A DNA stretch of 63,300 nt, filler included, from Parachlamydiales bacterium (GCA_020051075.1; 6 parts of 6 records of this genome joined end to end with filler, not necessarily neighbours in it); one strand, 5' to 3'. Positions 40,101 to 49,459 are shown, counted from the whole stretch's first letter. A program made the numbers and translations. The notes: generated by a model from the letters alone, not told the origin.

Positions 40101-43100
40101 GAATTTGCTTCATAGAGTCTTAAAATTTGATCATGTTTTTTTCTTAAAAGAGCTATTGAAACGTCGAATTTCTCTTTCACAATCCGATCATCAAGGATAT
40201 CTCCCGATTCATTATGCAGCGATGTATGGTCGAATGCCGCATCTAACAATTTTATATGAGGCTGAAAGGTTAACGAGAGAATCTAAGAGCCTGCAAGGGG
40301 CAACCCCTCTAACGGTGGCTATTCAACACGAGCAACTGGAGGCTGTGCTGTTTCTTCTTGCAAGGGGGGCTGTAATCTTCACACGCACCAAGGATGGGTA
40401 TAGCTCTCTCCACACAGCACTGCATTACGGAAATGAAAAAATCGTCCTAGCTCTGCTAAAGCAACCTTATATTACTGAAACTACTGTTAATTTGACGACT
40501 AATGAGGGGATCACTCCATTGATGCTTGCTTGTGAGTCTAAAAATCTTACTCTGGTCAAAGCTTTGCTGAATTGTGGTGCAAATCCAACAATTGTTGCTA
40601 AAAATGGGTTAACTGCTTTAGATATCGCTGTAAGGAATGATGATTATCCGCTCTGTGAGCATCTTTTCCCTTTATCAGCCTTAACAAGAATGACGCTTGA
40701 GATTGCGATAAAGAGTAGCTCGCTTGAAATAAATACCTTGTTATCAAGACATCAAAGTTATCAGACTAATCAGAATAGCCTTGGAGATACCCCAATTCTT
40801 ATGTCTTTGAGGTACGCTAATATCCCAGTGTTTAGATATTTGTTAGACCGTATGACTGATCCAGCTCTTTTGAACGTTAAAAATCGTTTAGAAGAAAGTC
40901 CTTTAGAACTCACTGCAAAAGGAGGTTTTTATGAGGACTTCATGAATCTTCTCAGAAAAGGTGCTGTTGATGAACCGTTTCAACTGATTTCTTCTCTGTT
41001 GAAGGGAGGGTATGCAGGTCAAAATGATGAGATCAATCGGTGGATAAAAAATCAAAATTTGTCCGAACATCAAATTCACAAATTAGTGATAGATTCTCTC
41101 GACGTAGGCAATCACATGGGGGTCTCAATCGTTTTAGACTTAGATCAACGGTATCTCGATGACATCCAAGGGCCTCGTGGATGGAAAATTGAACATTATC
41201 TGGCCAAATCCGATGCGCTCTTTCTATTTAGAGAACGGTTTATCGGAAAAGATGATTATTTATACCGTTTAGATCAGGAGGGAGGGAAAACTTTGCCATA
41301 TATCGCTGCAGAAAACCGAAGTTGGCGTGTTTTAAATTTTCTCTTAACTAAAATGAGAAAGAAAGGAATCCCTTTTGATAATCATTTTAATGAACGTCAT
41401 CTCTTCTATAGTATTTTTGAGAGCGGAGATCTTATGGGAATAGAGCTCTTGATAAGGCTTTTGAACGATTCGGAGGCGATGCATATCCCATTAGATAGAG
41501 AAGGAGCCAGAGGAACCCATCTTGTCGCCAAAGAAGGTTCCAGGGAAGTATTGGAGTATTTATCGAAGAAGGGTGCTGATTTTTCTCTTGTTGATGGTCT
41601 GGGGAGATGTTCGCTCTACTATGCTGTCCGCTTTGAAAACCGAGCTGCAATGAAATTTTTATTAGCTAAGTCTCTTCCCATTTCTGCTGAGGTGATTTAT
41701 GCGGCAGCTGAAAATAAACGACAACTTAAGAGTTTATTGTTAAAAGGAGGGATAAATCAACGAGATTCGCGAGGAAATTCAGCCATTTTGCTAGCTGCTA
41801 AGGATGGGAATTTACGAGCTTTTCTTGCTTTATTACACGCTGGAGCATCTTTGGAAGTGAAGAATCGTGCTGGTTGGAGTCCGTTGCTCTATGCTGCTTA
41901 TCACGGCAATATTGAGATGATCAAACTTATTCTTTCAAAAATCCAAAATCCTCAGCTAGATACTATAAAAGGAGAAAATGCTTTACACATCGCCATTCGG
42001 CGGAGTCATATTTCATGCATGAGACTTTTGATCAACCATCAATTCTCTCTTGAACAGCCTAATCAGAATGGTGTGACAGCTAGAAACCTTGCGGAAAAAT
42101 TTTTTGCATGCCGAGCAGTTATTGGGGTAGAAGGAGATGAGGATAAATATGATCGTTTTATGTTTGACTTAAGATTAGCGATTCGCGAACAGGATCTTAC
42201 TGAGATATCTTCTCATTTAGATGAGTGGTTCATCAATACCTATTTTTCTATCACCGTGGAAGGAAAAAACTATGAAGGAACGCTTCTCCATATTTTGTTA
42301 CATTTCTGTGCAGATTGTCCTCAGCTGGAGGGTATGATTGCGAGGATATCTAATCGAGAGAAGTTTTCTTTCAAATTAAAGGATTCCTTAGGCAATTCTT
42401 ATGCACACCTTATGGTCAAGGCTGGCTATGACCCAATTCAGATAGGTTCGTATCAAGACTTGCCTCTGATGTTAGGTGAGAAGAATGTTCATCAGGATAC
42501 TCCCTTACATCTTGCTGTTCAGGAGACTAAATTTCGCTATTTGTCAAATCTAGTCGATCGGTTGATTCGAATTGAATCTCCTAATGAAACTGGATCTGCG
42601 TCAAGTTCACAACCGATAAGGATGGTGAGAAATACTCATCTCTTAGATCCGATCAATCGATCTGGACGTACCCCCTTATTTGCAGCCATCATAGCTAACA
42701 ATATAGAAGCGATTATTTGCTTAGTAGATAATGGTGCCAATCTCAATCATAGAGATTTTTCTGGAATAACTCCTTTAATCCTCGCATGTAGTAAAGGAAA
42801 TTATACTGTAGCCAGACTACTCATTCAACGAGGTGCTGACATTAATTTGTCAACTCGAAAGGAGGAGAGACAAACGGCTTTAACAACTTCTTTGATGATG
42901 AAAAATGAAATGATGGCTCTTTTTCTTTTGTTTCAAGGAGCGAAGACTGATGAGAGAAAGCCGATTCCTCTTGTTCATCTAGCTGCAAAATCAGGATTGA
43001 AGCCCATCCTTCGATTTTTAGCAGAAAAGGGGATGTCATTGACCACAAAAGATACTAAAGGTAGGCAGCCAATCCACTATGCTGCAACAGCTGAAACGAA

Positions 43101-44028
43101 TGAATCGTTAGTTTTATTGAAGGAATTGGGGGTTTCGATCCACTCAAAAAGTCATCATTTGACACCACTTGATCATGCGGTAAGAGAAGGTACTGTTGAT
43201 GCTGTCAAGTGGCTTCTCAAAAATCGGGCTAATCCCTTAGAGTCTACTTCCGAGTTGAAGATTTTGGCGTCAACGTTGATTAACACACCGGTTAATACGG
43301 AACGTCTCCTTATCTTGTTTAAGAAATATTTACTTTCAACAGATTTAAGACAAATTATTCCTGCAATAGGGCTTGCTATACAGAGAGATTATATTGAACC
43401 TCTCAAGTTGTTATATGGATTAGGCATTCCCATTGACGGGAGAATAAATGAGTCTGAATATTCTGGATTACATCTGGCTTGTAAATTTGGTGCTTTGCAG
43501 TCCACAGAATTTTTTCTGACAAGAGGGAGCGATTGTTTTGAGAAAACAAGATTTGGAGACACACCATTGGAGATTGCCGCTGGAAATAAGTCTGTCACAC
43601 AATTCCGGATGATGCTTAATTTTGTTGATTATGATGTGGATGGTCGTAATCTAAAAGGGGAAACACTCCTTCACCATGCTGTAAGTGCAGGTAATTTGGC
43701 TCATGTTGCTTTGTTATTAGAAGCTGGTGCAGATCTTAATTTACAAGATGTACAGGGTCAGACACCACTATTTCGTGCAGTTGAACAGGAAAATAATTCT
43801 ATTGTTGAGTTACTGATGGTCTGTGGAGCAGATAGCGAGATTTCTACCTCATTCAGTGGTTTGCGGCCTAATGATATGACTTGTAAGAAAGACATTCGTG
43901 ATATCGTACAAAAATACAATCAACTCAGAGGACCTAGCATCACCCCCTTGGATATTGCTTTGAGAACTGGTAGCTATTTAGCTGAAAAAGTGTGCGCTCA
44001 ACGAGAAATCCATGGGAGGGTGAGATGA
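37156..44028 (+). CDS. Giant multidomain ankyrin-repeat protein (2290 aa)
   Basis: Many GxTPLHxA-type ankyrin repeats from ~aa 975 to the C-terminus; poly-Ser linker ~aa 920-936; ~900-aa non-ankyrin N-terminal region. Confidence 0.9.
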   Translation: MIHDTLDSLYHSRSHQEICQDIGENGKLADSKKRIERLKASIFPLTKPFLDQHGDTFQVWSTPGSRAIVTIQHSSGLITYVSRIRNALNLDDNCVTIHNRLLTAPDYCEWRFTPNEDGSLTIWPHILAGGWRDVLPRSQFDLSGLTRLARGKTQEQMCAWFYTNDYQANNPREGTRIEIHMDGQFAGSYSPEDHQTIRNLLRQGGNILAIHFAEASHRGQQNNFIGRGLTFQHPSDRSESTFNVDFTRVRNEHGDLVAENEGGYHIDVRNPGFSSKVKISTRETYDANYEAIRGGRARPFKLKAALIIKPFHQTLQQTGLTKSYNSSNPDHPAPEQGSTQGEIGGVGCSVEFLEGLFNNPEWLFEAEHQFFIPEMNGEIIPCTTQELHQLLQELAVGIYVHDTIPFFSLHFNQDTNLYPVIHPAYQNTLVGQVISMLDYFMKGYLNGAVFKEEFVQQWQQNPYPIVAKRGIFDQMIDFHDYAGIHLSGRDQRYFSARTLLNLSGEGDTRVERAMATATSAFSRMTRTPPQYDFSDYTKFTNSFRIIAKQQKIEKTKELFVLHPDFDVFYTIEPDPEYKARLDEYHQLTGMYPLEYQKLEIVYDVMKERIHDHMTKMPFCRKYFAMLGLINFFSHYFMTLKKHRRFPILPRCHPQPAGSPSLFPSLPLLAQKEFTLTYRSSEVLVSIIGKERDRLKEYYSTGDLSRRNELKASIKESWVNLVWENLYNRTEFIYQHYLESDKAKYLRLISSRFPFDSLDLIESVSMRVRRDVDSYLSIPDLLDDFPNYLSKIIDYNKFWNGLIARSEVSLKGEELIVLLPSNQTLEDHGGGRKIVGGCGLHMEQHPILSSSNGPYILEHVKELLAHTSHGEWIPLDTDGAVCPKGAVFKLAFDDLPLGILEDKEGLHHFLVGSVPPTDTSLSSSSSSSSSSSSSSSSLVSPDPISNVLKIQRILSFVAKNDQEGFLREINDYSLQQLNDYQGRNLLHRVLKFDHVFFLKELLKRRISLSQSDHQGYLPIHYAAMYGRMPHLTILYEAERLTRESKSLQGATPLTVAIQHEQLEAVLFLLARGAVIFTRTKDGYSSLHTALHYGNEKIVLALLKQPYITETTVNLTTNEGITPLMLACESKNLTLVKALLNCGANPTIVAKNGLTALDIAVRNDDYPLCEHLFPLSALTRMTLEIAIKSSSLEINTLLSRHQSYQTNQNSLGDTPILMSLRYANIPVFRYLLDRMTDPALLNVKNRLEESPLELTAKGGFYEDFMNLLRKGAVDEPFQLISSLLKGGYAGQNDEINRWIKNQNLSEHQIHKLVIDSLDVGNHMGVSIVLDLDQRYLDDIQGPRGWKIEHYLAKSDALFLFRERFIGKDDYLYRLDQEGGKTLPYIAAENRSWRVLNFLLTKMRKKGIPFDNHFNERHLFYSIFESGDLMGIELLIRLLNDSEAMHIPLDREGARGTHLVAKEGSREVLEYLSKKGADFSLVDGLGRCSLYYAVRFENRAAMKFLLAKSLPISAEVIYAAAENKRQLKSLLLKGGINQRDSRGNSAILLAAKDGNLRAFLALLHAGASLEVKNRAGWSPLLYAAYHGNIEMIKLILSKIQNPQLDTIKGENALHIAIRRSHISCMRLLINHQFSLEQPNQNGVTARNLAEKFFACRAVIGVEGDEDKYDRFMFDLRLAIREQDLTEISSHLDEWFINTYFSITVEGKNYEGTLLHILLHFCADCPQLEGMIARISNREKFSFKLKDSLGNSYAHLMVKAGYDPIQIGSYQDLPLMLGEKNVHQDTPLHLAVQETKFRYLSNLVDRLIRIESPNETGSASSSQPIRMVRNTHLLDPINRSGRTPLFAAIIANNIEAIICLVDNGANLNHRDFSGITPLILACSKGNYTVARLLIQRGADINLSTRKEERQTALTTSLMMKNEMMALFLLFQGAKTDERKPIPLVHLAAKSGLKPILRFLAEKGMSLTTKDTKGRQPIHYAATAETNESLVLLKELGVSIHSKSHHLTPLDHAVREGTVDAVKWLLKNRANPLESTSELKILASTLINTPVNTERLLILFKKYLLSTDLRQIIPAIGLAIQRDYIEPLKLLYGLGIPIDGRINESEYSGLHLACKFGALQSTEFFLTRGSDCFEKTRFGDTPLEIAAGNKSVTQFRMMLNFVDYDVDGRNLKGETLLHHAVSAGNLAHVALLLEAGADLNLQDVQGQTPLFRAVEQENNSIVELLMVCGADSEISTSFSGLRPNDMTCKKDIRDIVQKYNQLRGPSITPLDIALRTGSYLAEKVCAQREIHGRVR

Positions 44029-47000
44029 ACATAAGCAGTTCTGAAGTTCAGAGTTTTTTAACATCTTATGAAAAAAAAATATTATCAACGGTCGAAGTTT
44101 CGTTACAGGGACTAATCGTTTCAAATCTCTTTGAGATTCAATCCGTAGAGATTGCTCAAATAGCTTCTAAGGTACTTGACATTATTGGTAAGAGCTCTCC
44201 AAGTCAATCACGAGATCGGTTTTTCATTCATTTATTAAAAGATAGAATACCACTTACACCAGATCGGCTAAAACAGATTTTAGCGGTTCTTGATGTAGGG
44301 TTTTTTGAGAAATTTCTTTTGACAGTGGATTCGAATAAAAAAAAATACCATCCCAAAGAAAAAATCCTTCATCTGATTAATACTTTTTATAACGATGTCA
44401 TTCGACCATCTCAAATTCAGCAACAGATGATTCTTACAAGCTCGTCAAGTAGTAGTAGTGGTAGTGGTAGTAGTTCGCCAATTGAGGTGGTATATGAAAA
44501 TTTAAAACGCTGTCAAGTCTATTGTAAATTTGTTCTTCTGGTAAATGAGTATGTTAGTTTAACTACGGAGAGAAAAGATTTAATTTCGCGAATCGTGCAA
44601 GTCATGTTTGATAAGTTAGATTCAAGTGAAGATTTTTGGTTTAATGATTGTGAAAAATTACTTTTGGGGAAAATTATCCTATGCACGGTTGGACCTGACA
44701 TGAACTCAGTTACCTTTGCTTACACTGAAAATCTTATCCAAAATAGTCTTGCGGTAGTTTTGAAAGTCAAAACCCTGATTGGAGATGAAATCTTATTCCG
44801 TCTTTGTCAATCATTCTTAAATAAAAATGGAACCCATTTGGAGGAATTTATCAATTCTGTGAATTTGATTTTACTTGTCAGTCCATTTAAGAAAACTTTT
44901 CACCTTTCATTGCGCGCATGGGCTGCAGCGTCATATTCGTGGGATCAAATTCAATCCTGTTTTAACCAAACAGAAAGTGTAAGTCAATCAAAATACACTC
45001 CCGAGGATAGTATTAGAGCTACGTTGGAAAGATTTAGAAATGACGCAACAGTCCAACGACAATTGACTGATGCTCATCTCGAACTTATAAGTGATCAGTA
45101 TCGTTTAGTAGATAATCTTTGTGGTGAATATTGTTCTTTAGACTTTTCAGAACTTATTTACATTGCTCATACGATTCGCAGTCGTGCTAGAGATTGTACA
45201 TTAGAACCTTTAGATCGGTTCAAATTGATTGCAGTAGGGCGTCTTGCAATCAAATCTTACTTCGGAATATATCCCTATACAACACAGATTCTCGCTCTAC
45301 TTGGCGTTTTTATTGAAAATAAAAGTTGGCAAGTCCAAGTAAAGACTGGTGAGGGAAAATCTATTATTATTGCACTATGGGCGTTTGTCATGTCGATGGA
45401 GTGCCGTTGTTTAGATATTATTACTTCCGCTCGATCACTGGCTATTAGAGATCAGCTAAAGTTTGCCGACTTCTTTCAAAAATGTGATATTATCACAAGC
45501 CATATCTGTTATGATATCAAAAAAAAAGATCACTTCAAAGCACAAATCCTTTACGGACCGGCCTTCGATTTTGAATTTGCATTCATGGAAGATCTTTTAT
45601 ATGACTCACAACTCTTTGCTGCACGTTTAACCCATCCTTACATAAAGCGAAACTTTGACTGTGTTTGCGTAGATGAGTCAGATAATCTCTTAGTAGATAC
45701 CTCTCAAAATAGCGCTCGATTATCTCTGCCAGCTGAATTGACCTATGATTGGATCTATTCACCAATTTTGAACTATGTTAGACATCATTTCACTCTTGAG
45801 AATATGAGAACAGTCTCACAGGTCCACATCGATTCGATCAAAGATTGTTTAAGAGCAATTGGAAACGAAAGGAGGGTACAGTCGATATCTGATGAAGAAA
45901 TCAGAAAAAAAATTGAGTCAGCAATCATTGCGCTTTATTTACGAAAGGAGGATATCGACTATGTTGTAAGGACAACGATAGATTTTCAAGGGACGTCAAG
46001 ACGGGCAATTCAAATTGTTGATCTAGAGACAGGGCGTATTTCGGAGAATAGTCGTTGGACTGATGGGATACATGAGTTTATTGAATTAATACACGACATT
46101 GTTGTCGAAAAAGAAACTCTGAATCCAATTTCTCTTTCACACGCTGTTTTTTATCACTTTTACCACACGGTTACTGCTTTGACAGGGACAGCAGAAGACT
46201 ATCAAACAAAAGGAATTTATGGAATAGGGTCATTTGATGTGCCTCCTCATAAACCTTTGAAAAGGAGGGATCTTCCGGCGGTTATTTTCGATACACAACA
46301 AGGCCAATATGATGGAATCTTACAGGTAATAACAGAAATGGTACGCCGGCAACGACCGGTTCTTCTTCTTTGTGAGACTATTCTAGATTCAAAGCATGCT
46401 TCCTCTCGTTTAGATTCAGCAAATATCCCTCACACTCTACTAAATGAGGTTCAAGAAGAATCTGAAGAAACGATCATTTATAGGGCGGGATTACCTGGGA
46501 GTGTAACAGTTGCGACAAATACTGCTGGAAGAGGAACTGATATTATCCTATCGGCAAAAAGTATTGAGAATGGTGGCCTCCATGTCTTGTTGACTTTCTT
46601 TCCAGACTCTGATCGGATTTACTATCAAGCTGTAGGACGTGCTGGAAGGCAAGGGCAACCTGGATCATCTCAAATGTTTCTCTGTAAGGAAAAAGAGATG
46701 ATAAGGAGATTTCGTGGAGACTTCCATGGAACAAATGATGATTTTCTACTTGCTTTGAGATTGCAGAGATCAATTATTGAGGATCTTACAACCCGAAGAC
46801 ACTTATTTCAGGCAAGTATAGAACGTCATCTCGCAAACAAAACGAAGATTTTCTTTTCATTATTTCATGAGTGGGTACATGTTGTTGAACAGGATCATTT
46901 TTCTGATTCTTATAGTAGGATGCTATGTTCTATTCATCTGGCTCCGAATAAGGTTCTTGATTTTTCCCATCTTTTTGATTTTGATTTGAAATTAGCAGAG

Positions 47001-47315
47001 ACAGCGAAGCAATTGTTGTTATCCCCAGAGCAAGATTCATTGAATTGGAAAATGTTAATAGAAGGAGTTGTTAAGCGGGTCAAATATAAAATTCTCACTG
47101 CCTGGTCGTCAAATTTCTATGAACCAATCACAAAAATTTGCAATAGGGGTGATGATCTTGAAGCCAAGAAATCTGAAATTGATTTATTTTTTGATGCCCA
47201 CGCACACAGTTGGAATAAATATTTATCTATTGATGGAAAAGGAACGTTAATTTACCTCCAAGAACTCCTTTCGATTGATTTTATTGCTATATTGACTAGG
47301 CTTGGTCGTTTGTAA
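44025..47315 (+). CDS. SecA-like DEAD ATPase paralog with an N-terminal helical extension
   Basis: ATG 44025 overlaps the upstream TGA, with GGGAGG upstream. SecA-type motifs QVKTGEGKS, VDESDNLLVD, LTGT, VATNTAGRGTDI, GGLHV, QAVGRAGRQGQPGSS. Confidence 0.88.
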   Translation: MNISSSEVQSFLTSYEKKILSTVEVSLQGLIVSNLFEIQSVEIAQIASKVLDIIGKSSPSQSRDRFFIHLLKDRIPLTPDRLKQILAVLDVGFFEKFLLTVDSNKKKYHPKEKILHLINTFYNDVIRPSQIQQQMILTSSSSSSSGSGSSSPIEVVYENLKRCQVYCKFVLLVNEYVSLTTERKDLISRIVQVMFDKLDSSEDFWFNDCEKLLLGKIILCTVGPDMNSVTFAYTENLIQNSLAVVLKVKTLIGDEILFRLCQSFLNKNGTHLEEFINSVNLILLVSPFKKTFHLSLRAWAAASYSWDQIQSCFNQTESVSQSKYTPEDSIRATLERFRNDATVQRQLTDAHLELISDQYRLVDNLCGEYCSLDFSELIYIAHTIRSRARDCTLEPLDRFKLIAVGRLAIKSYFGIYPYTTQILALLGVFIENKSWQVQVKTGEGKSIIIALWAFVMSMECRCLDIITSARSLAIRDQLKFADFFQKCDIITSHICYDIKKKDHFKAQILYGPAFDFEFAFMEDLLYDSQLFAARLTHPYIKRNFDCVCVDESDNLLVDTSQNSARLSLPAELTYDWIYSPILNYVRHHFTLENMRTVSQVHIDSIKDCLRAIGNERRVQSISDEEIRKKIESAIIALYLRKEDIDYVVRTTIDFQGTSRRAIQIVDLETGRISENSRWTDGIHEFIELIHDIVVEKETLNPISLSHAVFYHFYHTVTALTGTAEDYQTKGIYGIGSFDVPPHKPLKRRDLPAVIFDTQQGQYDGILQVITEMVRRQRPVLLLCETILDSKHASSRLDSANIPHTLLNEVQEESEETIIYRAGLPGSVTVATNTAGRGTDIILSAKSIENGGLHVLLTFFPDSDRIYYQAVGRAGRQGQPGSSQMFLCKEKEMIRRFRGDFHGTNDDFLLALRLQRSIIEDLTTRRHLFQASIERHLANKTKIFFSLFHEWVHVVEQDHFSDSYSRMLCSIHLAPNKVLDFSHLFDFDLKLAETAKQLLLSPEQDSLNWKMLIEGVVKRVKYKILTAWSSNFYEPITKICNRGDDLEAKKSEIDLFFDAHAHSWNKYLSIDGKGTLIYLQELLSIDFIAILTRLGRL

Positions 47316-47543
47316 CTCAAATTTTTCGGACATCTTGAGGTCGGACTTGGCAATTTGACATTTCATGGCAGCACCAATACATTCATTAAAAAAAATAGTG
47401 GTTTCTTAGTGCTTAATTCTATAAATTCTATTTTGTGCCTGAGTGGTTCATTGTCTCTATGTCCCGAGATATGCCGGGATTTTGGACAGCTCGTGGGCTT
47501 AAGCAAATTTTCCGTTTGTTTATTTAGGAAGGGTGAATAATTT

Positions 47544-48869
47544 ATGGCTGTGTTTCAAGGCAAGAAAAGGGAGTCGTGGGGGGAATATCTAGCAAACCTT
47601 CCCTCTTTGTTTATCCGTTCAATCTTTCGGCATAACTATCCCAATAACGATGTCGACCGTTCTGAAGTCATCTTCAAAAACTTCTTCCTCCATTTCCACC
47701 CGGTCAAATGTCATAAGCATTCGCTAGATCCATTCTATACGCTTGGCTTAGGGACAATTTCAACAAGCCTATTTCTCTTGTTGACTTTCACCGGCGTGAT
47801 CTTGATGTTCTATTATATCCCTGCTGAAGATCGTGCCTACGATATCATGAAAGATTGGCAAGACACCACACCTTTTGCCATGATGTATCGAAATATGCAC
47901 CGCTGGAGCGCTCATCTGATGGTTCTCTTTGTCTTCCTCCATATGTCAAGGGTGTTTTATACCGGTTCGTATAAAGGACCTCGCCGTTTTAACTGGGTGA
48001 TAGGCGTGACATTGATGGTGCTGACGCTGCTTCTCTCTTTCACAGGCTACCTTCTCCCTTGGGATCAGCTTGCCTTCTGGGCGATCACTGTCGGGTCAAA
48101 TATCGCTGGATATGTCCCCAACCTCCCAGGTTTTGAATACAATGTCAACCGTGTGATGCTTCTCGCTTCAACTTCAGTCGGACAAGATGCCCTCATCCGT
48201 TTTTACGTCCTCCATGTCGCCTTGCTCCCTCTCATCACTGGTACATTGATCGGAGTCCACTTCTGGCGGATACGAAAAGATGGTGGCTTGTCGAGACCTC
48301 CAGATAAGTTCAGACCTGATCCCTATCGCGTTGTGCAGCGTTCTGATACGAAGGAATCGTTTGCACCAGGAGTCAAGAGAACGTATGGTCTCATGGAGCT
48401 TGTCAGAGGGACATGCCCCACTGTAGACAAAGGCCCCTACAATTTTGTCTTCACCTGGCCTCATCTCCTGAGAGCAGAACTCCTCGTCTTTCTGGCAACG
48501 ACAGCGGTCGTGTTATTGCTGTCATTTATTGATGCTCCTCTTGAAGAACCAGCTAATCCTGCCAAACCTCCTAATCCCTCAAAGGCGCCGTGGTACTTCC
48601 TCGGCCTCCAGGAAATGGTTGCCTATAATGCCTTTTGGGGTGGCGTTGCAATTCCGCTCTTCATCATCCTCGGATTGATGAGCATCCCTTACCTTGATCG
48701 AAACCCTCATGGAGAAGGCGTCTGGTTCCATCGCAGCCGCTATCTTGCGATTTTCCTGTATACACTGTTTATGACATGGCAGGGAATTTTGATCGTCGTG
48801 GGGACATATTTCCGAGGAGCCAACTGGGGTTGGATTTGGCCATGGACTGAAAATTTTGCAAGGCATTGA
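47544..48869 (+). CDS. Cytochrome b of a Rieske/cyt b complex (N-terminal cyt b plus subunit-IV-like C-terminus in one chain)
   Basis: Heme ligands RNMHRWSAH...LHMSRVF and FYVLHV...VHFW; FTGYLLPWDQ; Qo motif KAPWYF. Confidence 0.9.
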   Translation: MAVFQGKKRESWGEYLANLPSLFIRSIFRHNYPNNDVDRSEVIFKNFFLHFHPVKCHKHSLDPFYTLGLGTISTSLFLLLTFTGVILMFYYIPAEDRAYDIMKDWQDTTPFAMMYRNMHRWSAHLMVLFVFLHMSRVFYTGSYKGPRRFNWVIGVTLMVLTLLLSFTGYLLPWDQLAFWAITVGSNIAGYVPNLPGFEYNVNRVMLLASTSVGQDALIRFYVLHVALLPLITGTLIGVHFWRIRKDGGLSRPPDKFRPDPYRVVQRSDTKESFAPGVKRTYGLMELVRGTCPTVDKGPYNFVFTWPHLLRAELLVFLATTAVVLLLSFIDAPLEEPANPAKPPNPSKAPWYFLGLQEMVAYNAFWGGVAIPLFIILGLMSIPYLDRNPHGEGVWFHRSRYLAIFLYTLFMTWQGILIVVGTYFRGANWGWIWPWTENFARH

Positions 48870-48885
48870 GCAGCCATTTCACGAT

Positions 48886-49010
48886 TTTTTGAAACACAGA
48901 GGCACAGAGGGCACGGAGAACAGGATAGGCAGGATGGCAAAAGGGACAAAACAGGATAGGCAGGATCGCTTCGCGGCAGGATATAAAGGATAAGAAAATA
49001 GGATGGTGAA
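48886..49010. repeat. CACAGAG unit fused to a CAGGATAGG-family half element
   Basis: GAAACACAGAGGCACAGAGGGCACGGAGAA followed by CAGGATAGGCAGGATCGCTTCGCGGCAGGATA (~48952-48983). Confidence 0.85.
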
Positions 49011-49185
49011 ATAATTAAAATAGAGTGGATGATTGTCTTCTAATTTACTTGTTGTTCTTTTCTCCATCTCGCATATCCCATACGCATCAGGTTAAGACCT
49101 TTGCCGTCTTGCAGCCCTACGAGGCTGCGATATTCATTCTGAGCATACCCAGGGCGTTGCCCTTACCACTACCCATTTTTTTCAG

Positions 49186-49223
49186 CGCGAAGCGTTTGGA
49201 GTGCGAAAGTCCTCTTTCGCTTT
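49186..49223 (+). repeat. REP-like element (GCGAAGCGTTTGGAGTGCG family)
   Basis: CGCGAAGCGTTTGGAGTGCGAAAGTCCTCTTTCGCTTT; related copies at 63220-63300. Confidence 0.8.
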
Positions 49224-49340
49224 ATTCTAGATCAATTTTTCAGACATTCGTGTCTTTTGAATTTTTCTACCGCTTCGCGCAGCGTTCAGTATCTCCTACT
49301 TTTCTCTCAAGCTTATCCACGTCTGGTGCTATCGCCTAAA

Positions 49341-49440
49341 NNNNNNNNNNNNNNNNNNNNNNNNNNNNNNNNNNNNNNNNNNNNTTAATTAATTAANNNN
49401 NNNNNNNNNNNNNNNNNNNNNNNNNNNNNNNNNNNNNNNN
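49341..49440. other. Artificial contig linker
   Basis: N-run with TTAATTAATTAA. Confidence 0.99.
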
Positions 49441-49459
49441 TGGGTTTGCTTTTTTTTTA

